NCBI GenBank assembly: GCA_027063785.1
Contig: JAMORC010000005.1
Location: 90,050-154,049 of the forward strand
Source: Desulfurobacteriaceae bacterium
GTDB taxonomy: Bacteria > Aquificota > Aquificia > Desulfurobacteriales > Desulfurobacteriaceae
Length of the DNA: 64,000 bases
Direction of reading: 5' to 3'
The notes under the pieces are model-generated. The model ran no database searches and was not told the DNA's origin. It saw only the letters and a program-made list of their open reading frames with translations. The position numbers were made by a program, and so were the translations under genes. This document shows, one piece after another, positions 55,663 through 64,000 of the stretch (its first letter is position 1; every line of letters starts with the position of its first letter).

Positions 55663-56582
55663 ATGCCCTTTACGTATGGCTCTCCTCCGAAGAGAACTTC
55701 TTGGACTTTACCTTCAGATTTAAGTTCTTCAACTGCTTTCATAACTTCGTCGGTTGAGATACCGAGGGCATCGGCTATCTCTTCAACGGGGCAGGGCCTG
55801 CGGGAAACGAGACTTAATATCTCTTCCTTTAACTCCTTAAACGGCAAATTTACCTCTTTTCCCTTTTTGTGGGCGATAATTTCTGTTCGGGGGAATTCCA
55901 CCTGTTCCTTTATCCTGTTGAGTTCTTCAAAGCTTAGTCCTTCTACTCCGAAAGCAGGAGGCCTTACCACAGTGTTAAGCTGCCACCTGTCCGGGTTGAG
56001 TCTTTTTATGATTTCTCCTATTTTCTCTACCTCCTCCTCGGAGTCGTTTATTCCTTTGACAAAGAGCGTTTCGATCCAGACTTTTCCCTTTTTCCTCTCC
56101 ATCAGTTTCTCGATTCCTTCCAGAATGTTTTTCAGGCTTAGCCCTTCTGCCGGTCTGTTAAGCTTTTTGAAGGTTTCTTCTCTTCCGGCATCGAGAGAAG
56201 GCAGTACTACATCGATGGGCAATATTTCTTCCAGAACATTGTCCCTGTGAAGCAGAGAGGCATTTGTAAGCAGGGCAAGTTGGTACTCGGGGTGTTCGCT
56301 CTTAAGGTAGCTGACAAGCTCGCCGAGTCTTGAGTAGAGGGTGGGTTCTCCGTAGCCGGAGAAGGTTATAAAGTCTATTTCGGGTTTAAAAGAGAGGTAT
56401 TCTTCAAGCTCTGACTTTACTCCCTCAATGGGGACGTACTCGGCCCTTTTAAGGGTCTTTTCTGTGGTTGCTCCTACTTCGCAGTAGAGGCAGTCCATGC
56501 TGCATACCTTGTAAGGGACGAGGTCCACTCCCAAGGAGAGTCCCAGCCTTCGGGAGAAGACGGGGCCGAAAATGTACTTCAT
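55653..56582 (-). CDS. radical SAM protein with C-terminal winged-helix domain
   Basis: ATG 56582 after AGGAGGAAGC. CSMDCLYCE (Cx3Cx2C). C-terminal PCPVEEIADALGISTDEVMKAVEELKSEGKV. The listed longer ORF start 57023 is rejected. Confidence 0.7.
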   Translation of the reverse strand: MKYIFGPVFSRRLGLSLGVDLVPYKVCSMDCLYCEVGATTEKTLKRAEYVPIEGVKSELEEYLSFKPEIDFITFSGYGEPTLYSRLGELVSYLKSEHPEYQLALLTNASLLHRDNVLEEILPIDVVLPSLDAGREETFKKLNRPAEGLSLKNILEGIEKLMERKKGKVWIETLFVKGINDSEEEVEKIGEIIKRLNPDRWQLNTVVRPPAFGVEGLSFEELNRIKEQVEFPRTEIIAHKKGKEVNLPFKELKEEILSLVSRRPCPVEEIADALGISTDEVMKAVEELKSEGKVQEVLFGGEPYVKGICG

Positions 56583-56642
56583 GCTTCCTCCTTGTTTTAA
56601 AATAACTCGATACCAATTTATACAAAATCCGGAGGGGAGGAT

Positions 56643-58145
56643 ATGGAAAGAGAGCACTGGGGTTCCAAGCTCGGCCTCATCCTTGCCATGGCCGGTAACG
56701 CTGTGGGGCTCGGTAACTTTCTCCGCTTTCCTACTCAGGCAGCGGATAACGGCGGCGGGGCTTTTATGATTCCTTACATGATAGCTATGCTGGTTGTTGC
56801 CATACCTTTGATGTGGACTGAGTGGGCGATGGGACGTTACGGAGGGGCGAAGGGGCACGGGACGACTCCGGCAATTTTCCAGCTTCTCTGGAGAAACCCC
56901 GTGGCGAAGTACATCGGTTCGCTCGGCCTGTTTGTTCCCTTTGTTGTCCTGTGTTACTACATCTACATTGAATCCTGGACTCTCGGTTACTCCTTTTTCT
57001 CCCTTTTTGGGATGCTGCCCCACCCCGATCCCAACCTTCCGCAGGATCAGTTCTTGAAGCCCTTTAGTCAGTTTCTTTCTGACTACATCCGTCCTTCATT
57101 TACGGCATACCTCTTTTTCCTCCTGACTGTGGCTTTCAATGCCTACATACTCTACAGGGGAGTGAAGGGGGGTATTGAGAAGTTTGCAAAGCTGGCGATG
57201 CCGACCCTTTTTATCCTCGCCCTCATTTTGATGGTCAGGGTTATACTGATTGAGACTCCCCACGGAACTGCTGTTGAGGGTCTTGATTTCCTCTGGCATC
57301 CCGACTTTTCGCAGCTTTCAAATCCGAAGGTTTGGCTTGCTGCCGCAGGTCAGGTCTTCTTTACTCTTAGCCTGGGCTTTGGGGCCATTATTACTTATGC
57401 TTCCTATATAAAGAAGGACGAAGATATAGTTGCATCAGGACTTTCGGCCGCATCCCTCAATGAGCTGGCAGAGGTTATACTCGGCGGTTCCATAGCCATT
57501 CCGGCTGCTGTTGCCTTTTTCGGCGTTATGAACGCAAAGGAGGTTGCAGGGAGCGGTGCATTTAACCTTGCCTTTGTAAGCCTGCCGGCCATTTTTTCTA
57601 ACCTTCCCGGGGGTGATGTTATTGGCTTTTTCTGGTTCTTCCTCCTCTTCTTTGCCGGTGCTACCTCTTCAGTTGCCATTTGTATGCCTGTTGTGGCGTT
57701 TCTTCAGGATGAGTTCGGATTTTCAAGGAAGCTGGCCGTTACTGTAACGGTTATATTCACTTTCCTCGTTGCCCAGATTCCCATTTTTATGCCGAAGGCA
57801 CTTGATGAAATGGACTTTTGGGCAGGGACTTTCTTTGTAGTTCTCTTCGCTCTTCTTGAGGTTGTTGTTTTCTTCTGGTTCTTCGGAGGAAAGAGGGCTT
57901 GGGAGGAGATAAACAGGGGTTCTCTCTTCAGGGTTCCTCGTGTCTACTACTTTATTATGAAGTACTTGACTCCCGTAGTTCTCTTTATCATCCTGGCAAC
58001 CTGGACTGTTACAACGCTTCCGAAGGTTCTCGTTTCTGGTGACGTTGAGGCGTGGGTGGCTCGGTTTGTAATGATATTTATCCTTTCCCTTCAAATGTTC
58101 CTCGTTTACCTTGCCGATAGAAGGAGGAAGAACTATGAGGGGTAG
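56643..58145 (+). CDS. sodium-dependent transporter, neurotransmitter:sodium symporter (NSS/SNF) family
   Basis: N-terminal NSS signature [25 protein letters not shown]. 12 TM helices. Confidence 0.85.
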   Translation: MEREHWGSKLGLILAMAGNAVGLGNFLRFPTQAADNGGGAFMIPYMIAMLVVAIPLMWTEWAMGRYGGAKGHGTTPAIFQLLWRNPVAKYIGSLGLFVPFVVLCYYIYIESWTLGYSFFSLFGMLPHPDPNLPQDQFLKPFSQFLSDYIRPSFTAYLFFLLTVAFNAYILYRGVKGGIEKFAKLAMPTLFILALILMVRVILIETPHGTAVEGLDFLWHPDFSQLSNPKVWLAAAGQVFFTLSLGFGAIITYASYIKKDEDIVASGLSAASLNELAEVILGGSIAIPAAVAFFGVMNAKEVAGSGAFNLAFVSLPAIFSNLPGGDVIGFFWFFLLFFAGATSSVAICMPVVAFLQDEFGFSRKLAVTVTVIFTFLVAQIPIFMPKALDEMDFWAGTFFVVLFALLEVVVFFWFFGGKRAWEEINRGSLFRVPRVYYFIMKYLTPVVLFIILATWTVTTLPKVLVSGDVEAWVARFVMIFILSLQMFLVYLADRRRKNYEG

Positions 58146-58287
58146 TTCTCTGCTTTTTATGATCCTATCCTGGATGACTGTCTTCGGGTTTGTCGTTTTC
58201 TGCTTTACGGTTATATTGAGGGAAGGGGAGAAGCCTAAGGCGGTCGGAATGGAGGAAGTGGAGTTTGAGGAAGAGGAGATTACTTAA
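58135..58287 (+). CDS. unannotated small single-TM protein (50 aa) overlapping the NSS transporter 3' end; candidate small auxiliary subunit
   Basis: ATG 58135 inside the last codons of the NSS gene. [25 protein letters not shown] followed by an acidic tail. Stop 3 nt before sbcC. Confidence 0.4.
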   Translation: MRGSSLLFMILSWMTVFGFVVFCFTVILREGEKPKAVGMEEVEFEEEEIT

Positions 58288-58290
58288 GGA

Positions 58291-60996
58291 ATGGTAAGGC
58301 TCAGACGCCTTGAGCTTGAGAACTTCCTTTCCCACAGAGAAACCGAGCTGGATTTCGAGGACAGAACTTACGTTATAGTAGGGGAAAACGCTTCCGGTAA
58401 AACCTCAATTCTCAGGGGTATATTTTTTGCCCTGTTTGGACAGGATCTCTTTGCCTCTTCCGCCCAGCTGATTAACAGGTCTTCTAATCAGGCAAGGGTA
58501 TGCCTTCAGTTTGTTCACGGCGGTAGGAGCTACACCGTTGAGAGGGAACTGGGTAAAAGAAGGAGCAGCGCCCTACTTCTCAGGGACGGTTCTTTGGTTG
58601 CTGAAGGGGTGAGGAACGTTTCCCGGTATATTTCCGAACATTTAGGACTTGAACCTACGATATTCAAGAATACCGTTTTCGTCCCTCAGGGTGAAGTGTT
58701 GAACCTGTTGCAGGGACGTCCTTCCGATAAGAGGAGAATTCTCAACAGGCTTCTGGGGCTTGATGAGCTTGAAAAGAGGCACGAGGCCCTCAGGGCTTTT
58801 TTAAAGGAGCTTAAAGGAATTGAGGAAAGGTACTTGGATAGGCTGACGTTTTACGAAGAGCTTCGAAGCGAGCTTGAGGAGCTTGAAAGGAGACTTTCTT
58901 CTATTAAAGAAGAGTTGAAAGAAAAAGAGAAACTTCGGAAGAAACTTGAGGAGATTGTAGAGCTTAAAGAAAAAAGCTTAAGAGAGCTTGAGGAAAAAAA
59001 GGAGCGCTACTTGAAGCTCTCCGAAGAGTTAAAGCACCTACGTAGGGAACTTTCAAGGCTTCAGGCCGATGTTGATTCCCTTAAAAAGGAAATTTCCAGG
59101 TTGGAGGAGCTTGAGGAGAAGCTTCCCGAAATGGAAAAGGAGCTTTCGATCCTGCCCTTTGTCGAAGAGATCTACAACCTTCTCGTGGAGCTTCAACCCC
59201 TTTCCAAGGAGATTGATTCCGTATCCAAGGAAATTGACCGCTTGAAAAAGCTTGAGGAAGAATTGGTTTCCCTTAAAAAAGATATAGCTCAAAAAGAAAA
59301 GGAGCTTGAGGGACTCAAGTCGGAAGAGACAGCCCTTTCCGGAGACCTTGAACTTCTGAACAGGAAGTTAAAGGAACTTTCCGATAGGGAAAGAGAATTT
59401 CTGAGGTTGTCGAAGCTAAGAGAAGAGATTGAGAGGGAGCTGAGAAACTTAGAGAGTGAAAGGGGAAGCCTTAAGCCCGAGTCCGTAGAACGGATAAGGA
59501 AAGAGTTAAAGTCGATTGAAAGGGAATTTAAGGAGAAGGAGGAAAGGCTTTCTTTCCTCAAGAGGGAGAAGGAGGAGCTTGAGGAAAAGCTCAGGGTTCT
59601 CTCCTTCGGCGGCGGAGAGTGTCCCGTCTGCGGAACGTCCCTCGGAGAAGAGGAGCTGAATAGGCTTAAGGAGGAATACGGGACGAAGCTCAAGGGTGTA
59701 ACGGAGGAGCTTTCCCGCCTCGAAGCCCTTCTTCCTGAGCTGAAAAGGGAGCTTGATAGGAAGGCCGCCGAACTTGAGCAGGCCATAAAAGAGGCAGAAC
59801 TTCTCTCAAGGCTTGAGAGGGAAATTTCTGAAAAGTCCAGAAAGCTTACCGAGGTTGACGAAAAGCTAAGTTCCCTTTCTTTCTCTTCGGAAGAGAAGGA
59901 AGAACTTGAAAAGAGGAAAGAGGGGCTTGAAAAGAGGCTTCTTGAGGTTGGGAAGAGGAGTTCTGCCGTTAGGGCTTCTCTCTCTTCCCTTGAGAATAGG
60001 TTGAAACAGGTTGAAAAGGAGCTTGGAGAAAAGGACAGGATATCTCTTGAGAAGAAAGAAAGGGAGCTTAAGGAGAAATTCGAATCGATCAGGTCGAGGG
60101 CTTCGGAGCTTAGGGATCGCTACTCTCTTCCCTTCAAGAACCTGAAGGAACTCAAGGCGAAGAGAGAAAATCTTCTTTCCCTTAAGAGTCGCCTTGACAG
60201 GTTGAAGGGTGAGCTTGGAAAGCTCCCGAAGCTTAAGGAAGAGCTTTTAAAGAAGGAGAAAGAACTTGAAGATAAAAGAGTTGAGATCTCTCGCCTCTCG
60301 CCCGAGCTTAAGGAGCTTGAGGGGGCTTATAAAGAGTATTCCCACCTTAGCTCTCAGCTGAATGCGGATCGGAAGGAGAGAGAAGCGGTTCTGAAGTCGG
60401 CGGAGAGGCTTTCGGGAGAACTGAAGGCTGTTGAAGGTGAGCTTGAGAGGAAGAGGGAAAAGCTAAAGGAGGAAGTTAAGGTAAGGTCTGCGCTTGCGAA
60501 GCTCAGAGATTCTATTAGGTCTCTTTCTCTCATTGAGGAAGGAATTCATCCTCAGAAAGGATTTCTCCAAGACGTTAGAAGTTCCCTTCTTCCCGCCGTC
60601 TCTTTCTACTGTAAGGAGTTCTTCTCAAAGTTTGAATTTGAGTTCGGGGAAATAGAGATATCCGAGGACTTCACCGTTTCGGTCGGTGTTCCCGGCAGGG
60701 GGACTATGACCCTTGAAGAGCTTTCCGGCGGACAGCAGATAGCTTTTGCAATAGCCCTCAGGTTTGCCCTTGCCAGACATTTTTCACAATCCTTTGATCT
60801 GCTTGTTCTTGATGAGCCGACAATTCACCTTGATCAGCAGAGGAGGTTGGGACTTACGGAGCTGATTTCCTCCTTGAAGGAGCTGATTCCTCAAATGCTT
60901 ATAGTTACTCACGACCACGAGATTGAGATAGTGGCAGATGAAGTTATAAGAGTTCGTAACGTTGGCGGCTATTCTGAGGTAAAAAGTGAGGGGTAA
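58291..60996 (+). CDS. sbcC: SbcC/Rad50-family SMC-like ATPase with zinc hook
   Basis: Walker A GENASGKTS. Long coiled coils with central CPVCG hook. C-terminal LSGGQQ signature, Walker B LLVLDEP and D-loop/H-loop (VTHDHE). Confidence 0.8.
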   Translation: MVRLRRLELENFLSHRETELDFEDRTYVIVGENASGKTSILRGIFFALFGQDLFASSAQLINRSSNQARVCLQFVHGGRSYTVERELGKRRSSALLLRDGSLVAEGVRNVSRYISEHLGLEPTIFKNTVFVPQGEVLNLLQGRPSDKRRILNRLLGLDELEKRHEALRAFLKELKGIEERYLDRLTFYEELRSELEELERRLSSIKEELKEKEKLRKKLEEIVELKEKSLRELEEKKERYLKLSEELKHLRRELSRLQADVDSLKKEISRLEELEEKLPEMEKELSILPFVEEIYNLLVELQPLSKEIDSVSKEIDRLKKLEEELVSLKKDIAQKEKELEGLKSEETALSGDLELLNRKLKELSDREREFLRLSKLREEIERELRNLESERGSLKPESVERIRKELKSIEREFKEKEERLSFLKREKEELEEKLRVLSFGGGECPVCGTSLGEEELNRLKEEYGTKLKGVTEELSRLEALLPELKRELDRKAAELEQAIKEAELLSRLEREISEKSRKLTEVDEKLSSLSFSSEEKEELEKRKEGLEKRLLEVGKRSSAVRASLSSLENRLKQVEKELGEKDRISLEKKERELKEKFESIRSRASELRDRYSLPFKNLKELKAKRENLLSLKSRLDRLKGELGKLPKLKEELLKKEKELEDKRVEISRLSPELKELEGAYKEYSHLSSQLNADRKEREAVLKSAERLSGELKAVEGELERKREKLKEEVKVRSALAKLRDSIRSLSLIEEGIHPQKGFLQDVRSSLLPAVSFYCKEFFSKFEFEFGEIEISEDFTVSVGVPGRGTMTLEELSGGQQIAFAIALRFALARHFSQSFDLLVLDEPTIHLDQQRRLGLTELISSLKELIPQMLIVTHDHEIEIVADEVIRVRNVGGYSEVKSEG

Positions 60997-62662
60997 CGAG
61001 GAGTTTTTTTACCTTCTGTTTCTTGTTTCCCTCTTCCTTCTCTCCTTCCCTGTGGAGATGGCCTTTTTTAAGTTTTTCAAATTCGGGAAAGACAGGGTTT
61101 TTCGCTCTTTACTGCTGCTCTTTTTCGGCGGTCTCGTGCTCTTCCTCGGCTGGTTTTTCTCCCTGAACGTTAAGGAGTGGGCATCCCGGGAACTTGTCAG
61201 GTACACGGCAATCTACCTTTCGTCCTTTTTTACGGTCAGGGCTGTTTACGTTCTCGGAGGGACAACCTCCCGGCTCAGGTTTGTCCCCTACCTTTCTTTT
61301 ACTGTGGCTTACGTCTTGAGCCTTTTCTTTGTTTTTCCTGTAGCTAAAGGGTTCGGAGAGCTTTACTTTAAGCTGATTCTGATTTTTAAGAAATTCTTTA
61401 TCTACCTGGGTGTTCTCTCTCTCTTTTTCGAGCTGTCCTCTGTGCTTCGCTCAGGCGGTATCAGGAGAACGGTTAGGTACCTTTCGTTTCTCGTTATTAC
61501 TTCGGTTTTTCTCCTCTGGTTCTTTGATTACCTGCAGTTTGACGTTTTTACTCTTACTTCCCTCCTCGTTGTAGTCTTGGTTACGGCAGTCTATGCCTAT
61601 TTCTACAGTTTTGCTGTTCAGAAAGTCGGAGAACTCCTTCAGGACAGGCTCCTTCCCTCCGATGTTTCCGTTGTAGTTTCAAACCTTAAGGTTCTGGCGA
61701 CCCTTTTTTACCTCCTTATCGTTTTCAGGGTGCTCCTTTCGGCAACCGGTCTCGGAACGGTTTACCGTAAGCTTTCCGAACTTTACCTCCTGAAAGGGGA
61801 TTTGGTTCAGATATCTTTGGCAAACATAGTTACGGTTCTTGTGGCGGGATTTCTGTTGTTTTCGCTTTTGAATGTGGTTAAAAAGCTGGTGAAGCTGGCT
61901 TTTCCTCCGGAACGTAGGGACGTTGAAGGAGGGTCTGCCGAAGCTCTCGTGTTTAACCTGGGTGTTCTTTTTAACGTTATTGTTCTTTTGTCGACTCTCG
62001 GGATAACGTGGAAAGTGCTTCTCCCGATAGCCGGTACTCTCGGTGTCGGATTGGGTTTCGGTCTTCAGACGATAATGAACAATTACGTTAGCGGTTTTAT
62101 CCTGCTCTTCAGCAAGAAGCTGAAGGTGGGCGACATCATAGAACTTCCTTCGATTTCCGTTACAACCTTGGGAGGGACTTCTCCCAGCGTTTTTGGGAAA
62201 ATAGAGAACATCGGAATTCTTTCAACCATAGTGAGAACAAACGACGGAGTGGAGATTTCAATTCCCAATTCAAATTTCATAAGTTCTCCGATAGTTAACT
62301 TTTCCCTGAGGGATCCCTACGTTCGTTTAAAGATTCCTGTCGGAGTTGCCTATTCTTCTGATCCTGAGAAAGTGAGGGAGGTTTTACTCTCCGTTGTGGA
62401 AGAACTCCCCTACGCGGTTCGCTTTTTGCCGAAAGTTGTCAGGTTTGAAGAACTGGGGGACAGCGCTTTAATTTTCAGGGTTCTTTTCTGGATAGATGTC
62501 AGGAAAAACCTCTGGATTCGGAATGTCATAAGTGACTTTTACTATAAGGCCTGGTATAAGTTGAAAGAAGCAGGAATAGAAATACCTTTCCCTCAGAACG
62601 ACGTATGGTTCAGGAACAGCCTCAAAGTTGAGATAGAAAAACCGGATAAGGAGGAAGCTTGA
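60986..62662 (+). CDS. MscS-family mechanosensitive channel with extended N-terminal multi-TM region
   Basis: MscS signature region GFGLQTIMNNYVSGFILLFSKKLKVGDIIEL and beta-domain. GTG start overlapping the sbcC end. Confidence 0.8.
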   Translation: MRGNEEFFYLLFLVSLFLLSFPVEMAFFKFFKFGKDRVFRSLLLLFFGGLVLFLGWFFSLNVKEWASRELVRYTAIYLSSFFTVRAVYVLGGTTSRLRFVPYLSFTVAYVLSLFFVFPVAKGFGELYFKLILIFKKFFIYLGVLSLFFELSSVLRSGGIRRTVRYLSFLVITSVFLLWFFDYLQFDVFTLTSLLVVVLVTAVYAYFYSFAVQKVGELLQDRLLPSDVSVVVSNLKVLATLFYLLIVFRVLLSATGLGTVYRKLSELYLLKGDLVQISLANIVTVLVAGFLLFSLLNVVKKLVKLAFPPERRDVEGGSAEALVFNLGVLFNVIVLLSTLGITWKVLLPIAGTLGVGLGFGLQTIMNNYVSGFILLFSKKLKVGDIIELPSISVTTLGGTSPSVFGKIENIGILSTIVRTNDGVEISIPNSNFISSPIVNFSLRDPYVRLKIPVGVAYSSDPEKVREVLLSVVEELPYAVRFLPKVVRFEELGDSALIFRVLFWIDVRKNLWIRNVISDFYYKAWYKLKEAGIEIPFPQNDVWFRNSLKVEIEKPDKEEA

Positions 62663-63609
62663 TAAAAGTAACTCTTGAGCTTAGTCCTGAGGACTTTTAT
62701 ACAATCGTGGGGCATCATGAGGAGAACCTTAAGAAGCTTGCCGAAATACTGAACGTTCGGCTCGGATCTCGGGGAAACGAAATAATGATCAGCGGTTCTG
62801 AGGAGGATGAAGAAAAGGCCAGGCAATTCCTGAAGGATCTTGAAGACCTTGCTAAGTCCGGTCATAAGCTTACCAAGGCCGATGTTGATATGTACCTTAC
62901 TCAGCTTTCTGCCAGGAAGCGCTCTTCTGTAAAGGAGTCAACGGGGGACGTTATAGTTACAACTTATAGGGGAAAGAGGATAATAGCCAAGACGCCGACC
63001 CAGAAAAGGTACGTCGAAGCAATAAAGGAGAATGACATCGTCTTCGGTATAGGTCCGGCCGGAACGGGCAAAACTTACCTTGCCGTTGCAACGGCCGTTG
63101 CCGCTTTTAAAAAGGGGAAGGTAAACAGGATAATTCTTACAAGGCCGGCCGTTGAAGCGGGTGAGAAGCTGGGATTCCTTCCCGGAACGCTTCAGGAAAA
63201 GATAGATCCCTACCTCAAGCCCCTCTATGATGCCCTTTTTGAGATGATAGAGCCGGAAAAGGTAAATTCCTTTCTTGAGAGAAACGTTTTTGAAATAGCT
63301 CCCCTTGCCTACATGAGGGGCAGGACTCTCAACGATGCGTTTATAATCCTTGACGAGGCTCAGAATACTACCAAGGAGCAGATGAAGATGTTTCTTACCA
63401 GGCTCGGTTTCGGCTCAAAGGTGGTTATAACGGGTGATGTTACGCAGATAGACCTGCCTTCTAAAGAAAGGTCGGGCCTCGTTGAGGCTGTTAGGATTTT
63501 GAGGGGTATAAAGGGAATAGAGATCGTTGAATTTTCCAGGGAAGACGTGGTTAGGCATAGACTTGTTCAGGAGATAATAAGGGCCTATGAAGAGCATGAA
63601 GGAGAATAG
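62659..63609 (+). CDS. phoH: PhoH-family ATPase (YbeZ-like) with N-terminal KH-like domain
   Basis: Walker A GPAGTGKTYLA. Walker B FIILDEAQN. TTG start. Confidence 0.85.
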   Translation: MIKVTLELSPEDFYTIVGHHEENLKKLAEILNVRLGSRGNEIMISGSEEDEEKARQFLKDLEDLAKSGHKLTKADVDMYLTQLSARKRSSVKESTGDVIVTTYRGKRIIAKTPTQKRYVEAIKENDIVFGIGPAGTGKTYLAVATAVAAFKKGKVNRIILTRPAVEAGEKLGFLPGTLQEKIDPYLKPLYDALFEMIEPEKVNSFLERNVFEIAPLAYMRGRTLNDAFIILDEAQNTTKEQMKMFLTRLGFGSKVVITGDVTQIDLPSKERSGLVEAVRILRGIKGIEIVEFSREDVVRHRLVQEIIRAYEEHEGE

Positions 63610-64000
63610 GTTTAAAGACTGGTATATATACGGCACGCTTTTCCTCTTCAGCTTCCTTGTAACTTTCTTTATGCTCCCTTTCGGCTTTGTTAATCTTCCG
63701 GAGCTGAAGCCGGGACAGATCAGCCCTGTTGACATCAGGTCTCCGGTTACTGTAACCGTTGAAGATAGGGCTGCAACGAGAAAGCTTAAGGAGACGGCGA
63801 GGAAGGGAGTTGTTCCCAGGGTAAGGATTGAGAAGAAGGCGGAGAGAGAGGCCCTGAAGTCGCTGAAATCCTTAAGAGGGCTTTCTGAGGAGGAGAAGAA
63901 GCTTGCAGAAAAGGTTGTTTCCTCTTACTACAGGAGGGGGATAATCTCTTCTATCCCGGAAGGTTACACTAAGGTTCAACTTCCTTCGGGTAAGAAAGTT
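63596..64000 (+). CDS. 7TM-receptor-with-HD-hydrolase (YqfF-like) protein, N-terminal part (truncated by window end)
   Basis: ATG 63596 overlapping the phoH end. N-terminal TM then extracellular domain. Conserved phoH-yqfF-ybeY-type gene order. Confidence 0.55.
   Translation, partial: MKENRFKDWYIYGTLFLFSFLVTFFMLPFGFVNLPELKPGQISPVDIRSPVTVTVEDRAATRKLKETARKGVVPRVRIEKKAEREALKSLKSLRGLSEEEKKLAEKVVSSYYRRGIISSIPEGYTKVQLPSGKKV

Noticed and set aside
56583-57023. N-terminal 147-aa extension of the radical SAM ORF (minus strand)
   Set aside because: It lies antisense to the NSS transporter gene start and has an unstructured, Pro/Arg-rich composition. The true start is ATG 56582 with an AGGAGG RBS.
59289-59786. 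Ser/Leu-rich 165-aa minus-strand ORF and apparent repetitiveness inside sbcC
   Set aside because: It is antisense to the low-complexity Glu/Leu/Lys coiled-coil coding region of sbcC. It is a compositional artefact, not a repeat array or gene.
1-64000. Search for CRISPR arrays, tRNA/rRNA genes, transposases/integrases and IS inverted repeats
   Set aside because: No direct-repeat/spacer periodicity was seen. No tRNA-like cloverleaf candidates in the few intergenic regions >60 nt (7080-7196, 25846-25978, 34204-34372, 39890-40040). No transposase, integrase or recombinase ORF was seen.

Overview
This 64 kb window reads as compact chromosome from an anaerobic thermophile, Aquificae- or Thermodesulfobacteria-like in composition (GC ~48-50%, AAG/GAG/AGG-rich codons, strong GGAGG ribosome-binding sites). 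Most of it is housekeeping: tyrA, lysA, ggt, glnD, secG-tpiA, clpX, trpF, aspS, speH, cstA, gpsA, phoU, thyX, rbfA, nrnA, bamA, sbcC, phoH and others. I found no rRNA, tRNA, CRISPR array or mobile element. The main item is an eight-gene operon at 40041-49011, translationally coupled by ATGA/TAATG stop-start overlaps and preceded by an AT-rich promoter. It encodes an outer-membrane beta-barrel of about 420 aa, a 7-heme lipoprotein cytochrome c, a second 7-heme cytochrome c, a multiheme cytochrome c with a C-terminal membrane anchor, a di-heme cytochrome b subunit, a 3-heme cytochrome c, a secreted NHL beta-propeller protein and a 24-heme cytochrome c. Together this looks like a complete, undescribed porin-cytochrome (Cbc-like quinol oxidase to outer-membrane conduit) electron-export system. 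Two unannotated small membrane-protein genes follow it. Other points of interest: a structured leader RNA with mutually exclusive pairings upstream of a molybdate/tungstate cassette (modA-modB-modD-modC, then a MoeA-like gene and moeA); those four mod genes are visibly lower in GC and use a different codon set, suggesting horizontal transfer behind a native riboswitch-like leader. There is also a membrane heme-c sensor (DUF3365-like CxxCH domain plus HAMP) with no output domain, coupled to an upstream unknown protein. An orphan AddB-like PD-(D/E)XK nuclease sits between tyrA and lysA. A small zinc-ribbon protein carries an RGG/RGW tail. A 1062-aa double-activase/dehydratase fusion is present. 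A 50-aa membrane protein overlaps the 3' end of a sodium-dependent (NSS-family) transporter gene, and sbcC has no adjacent sbcD.
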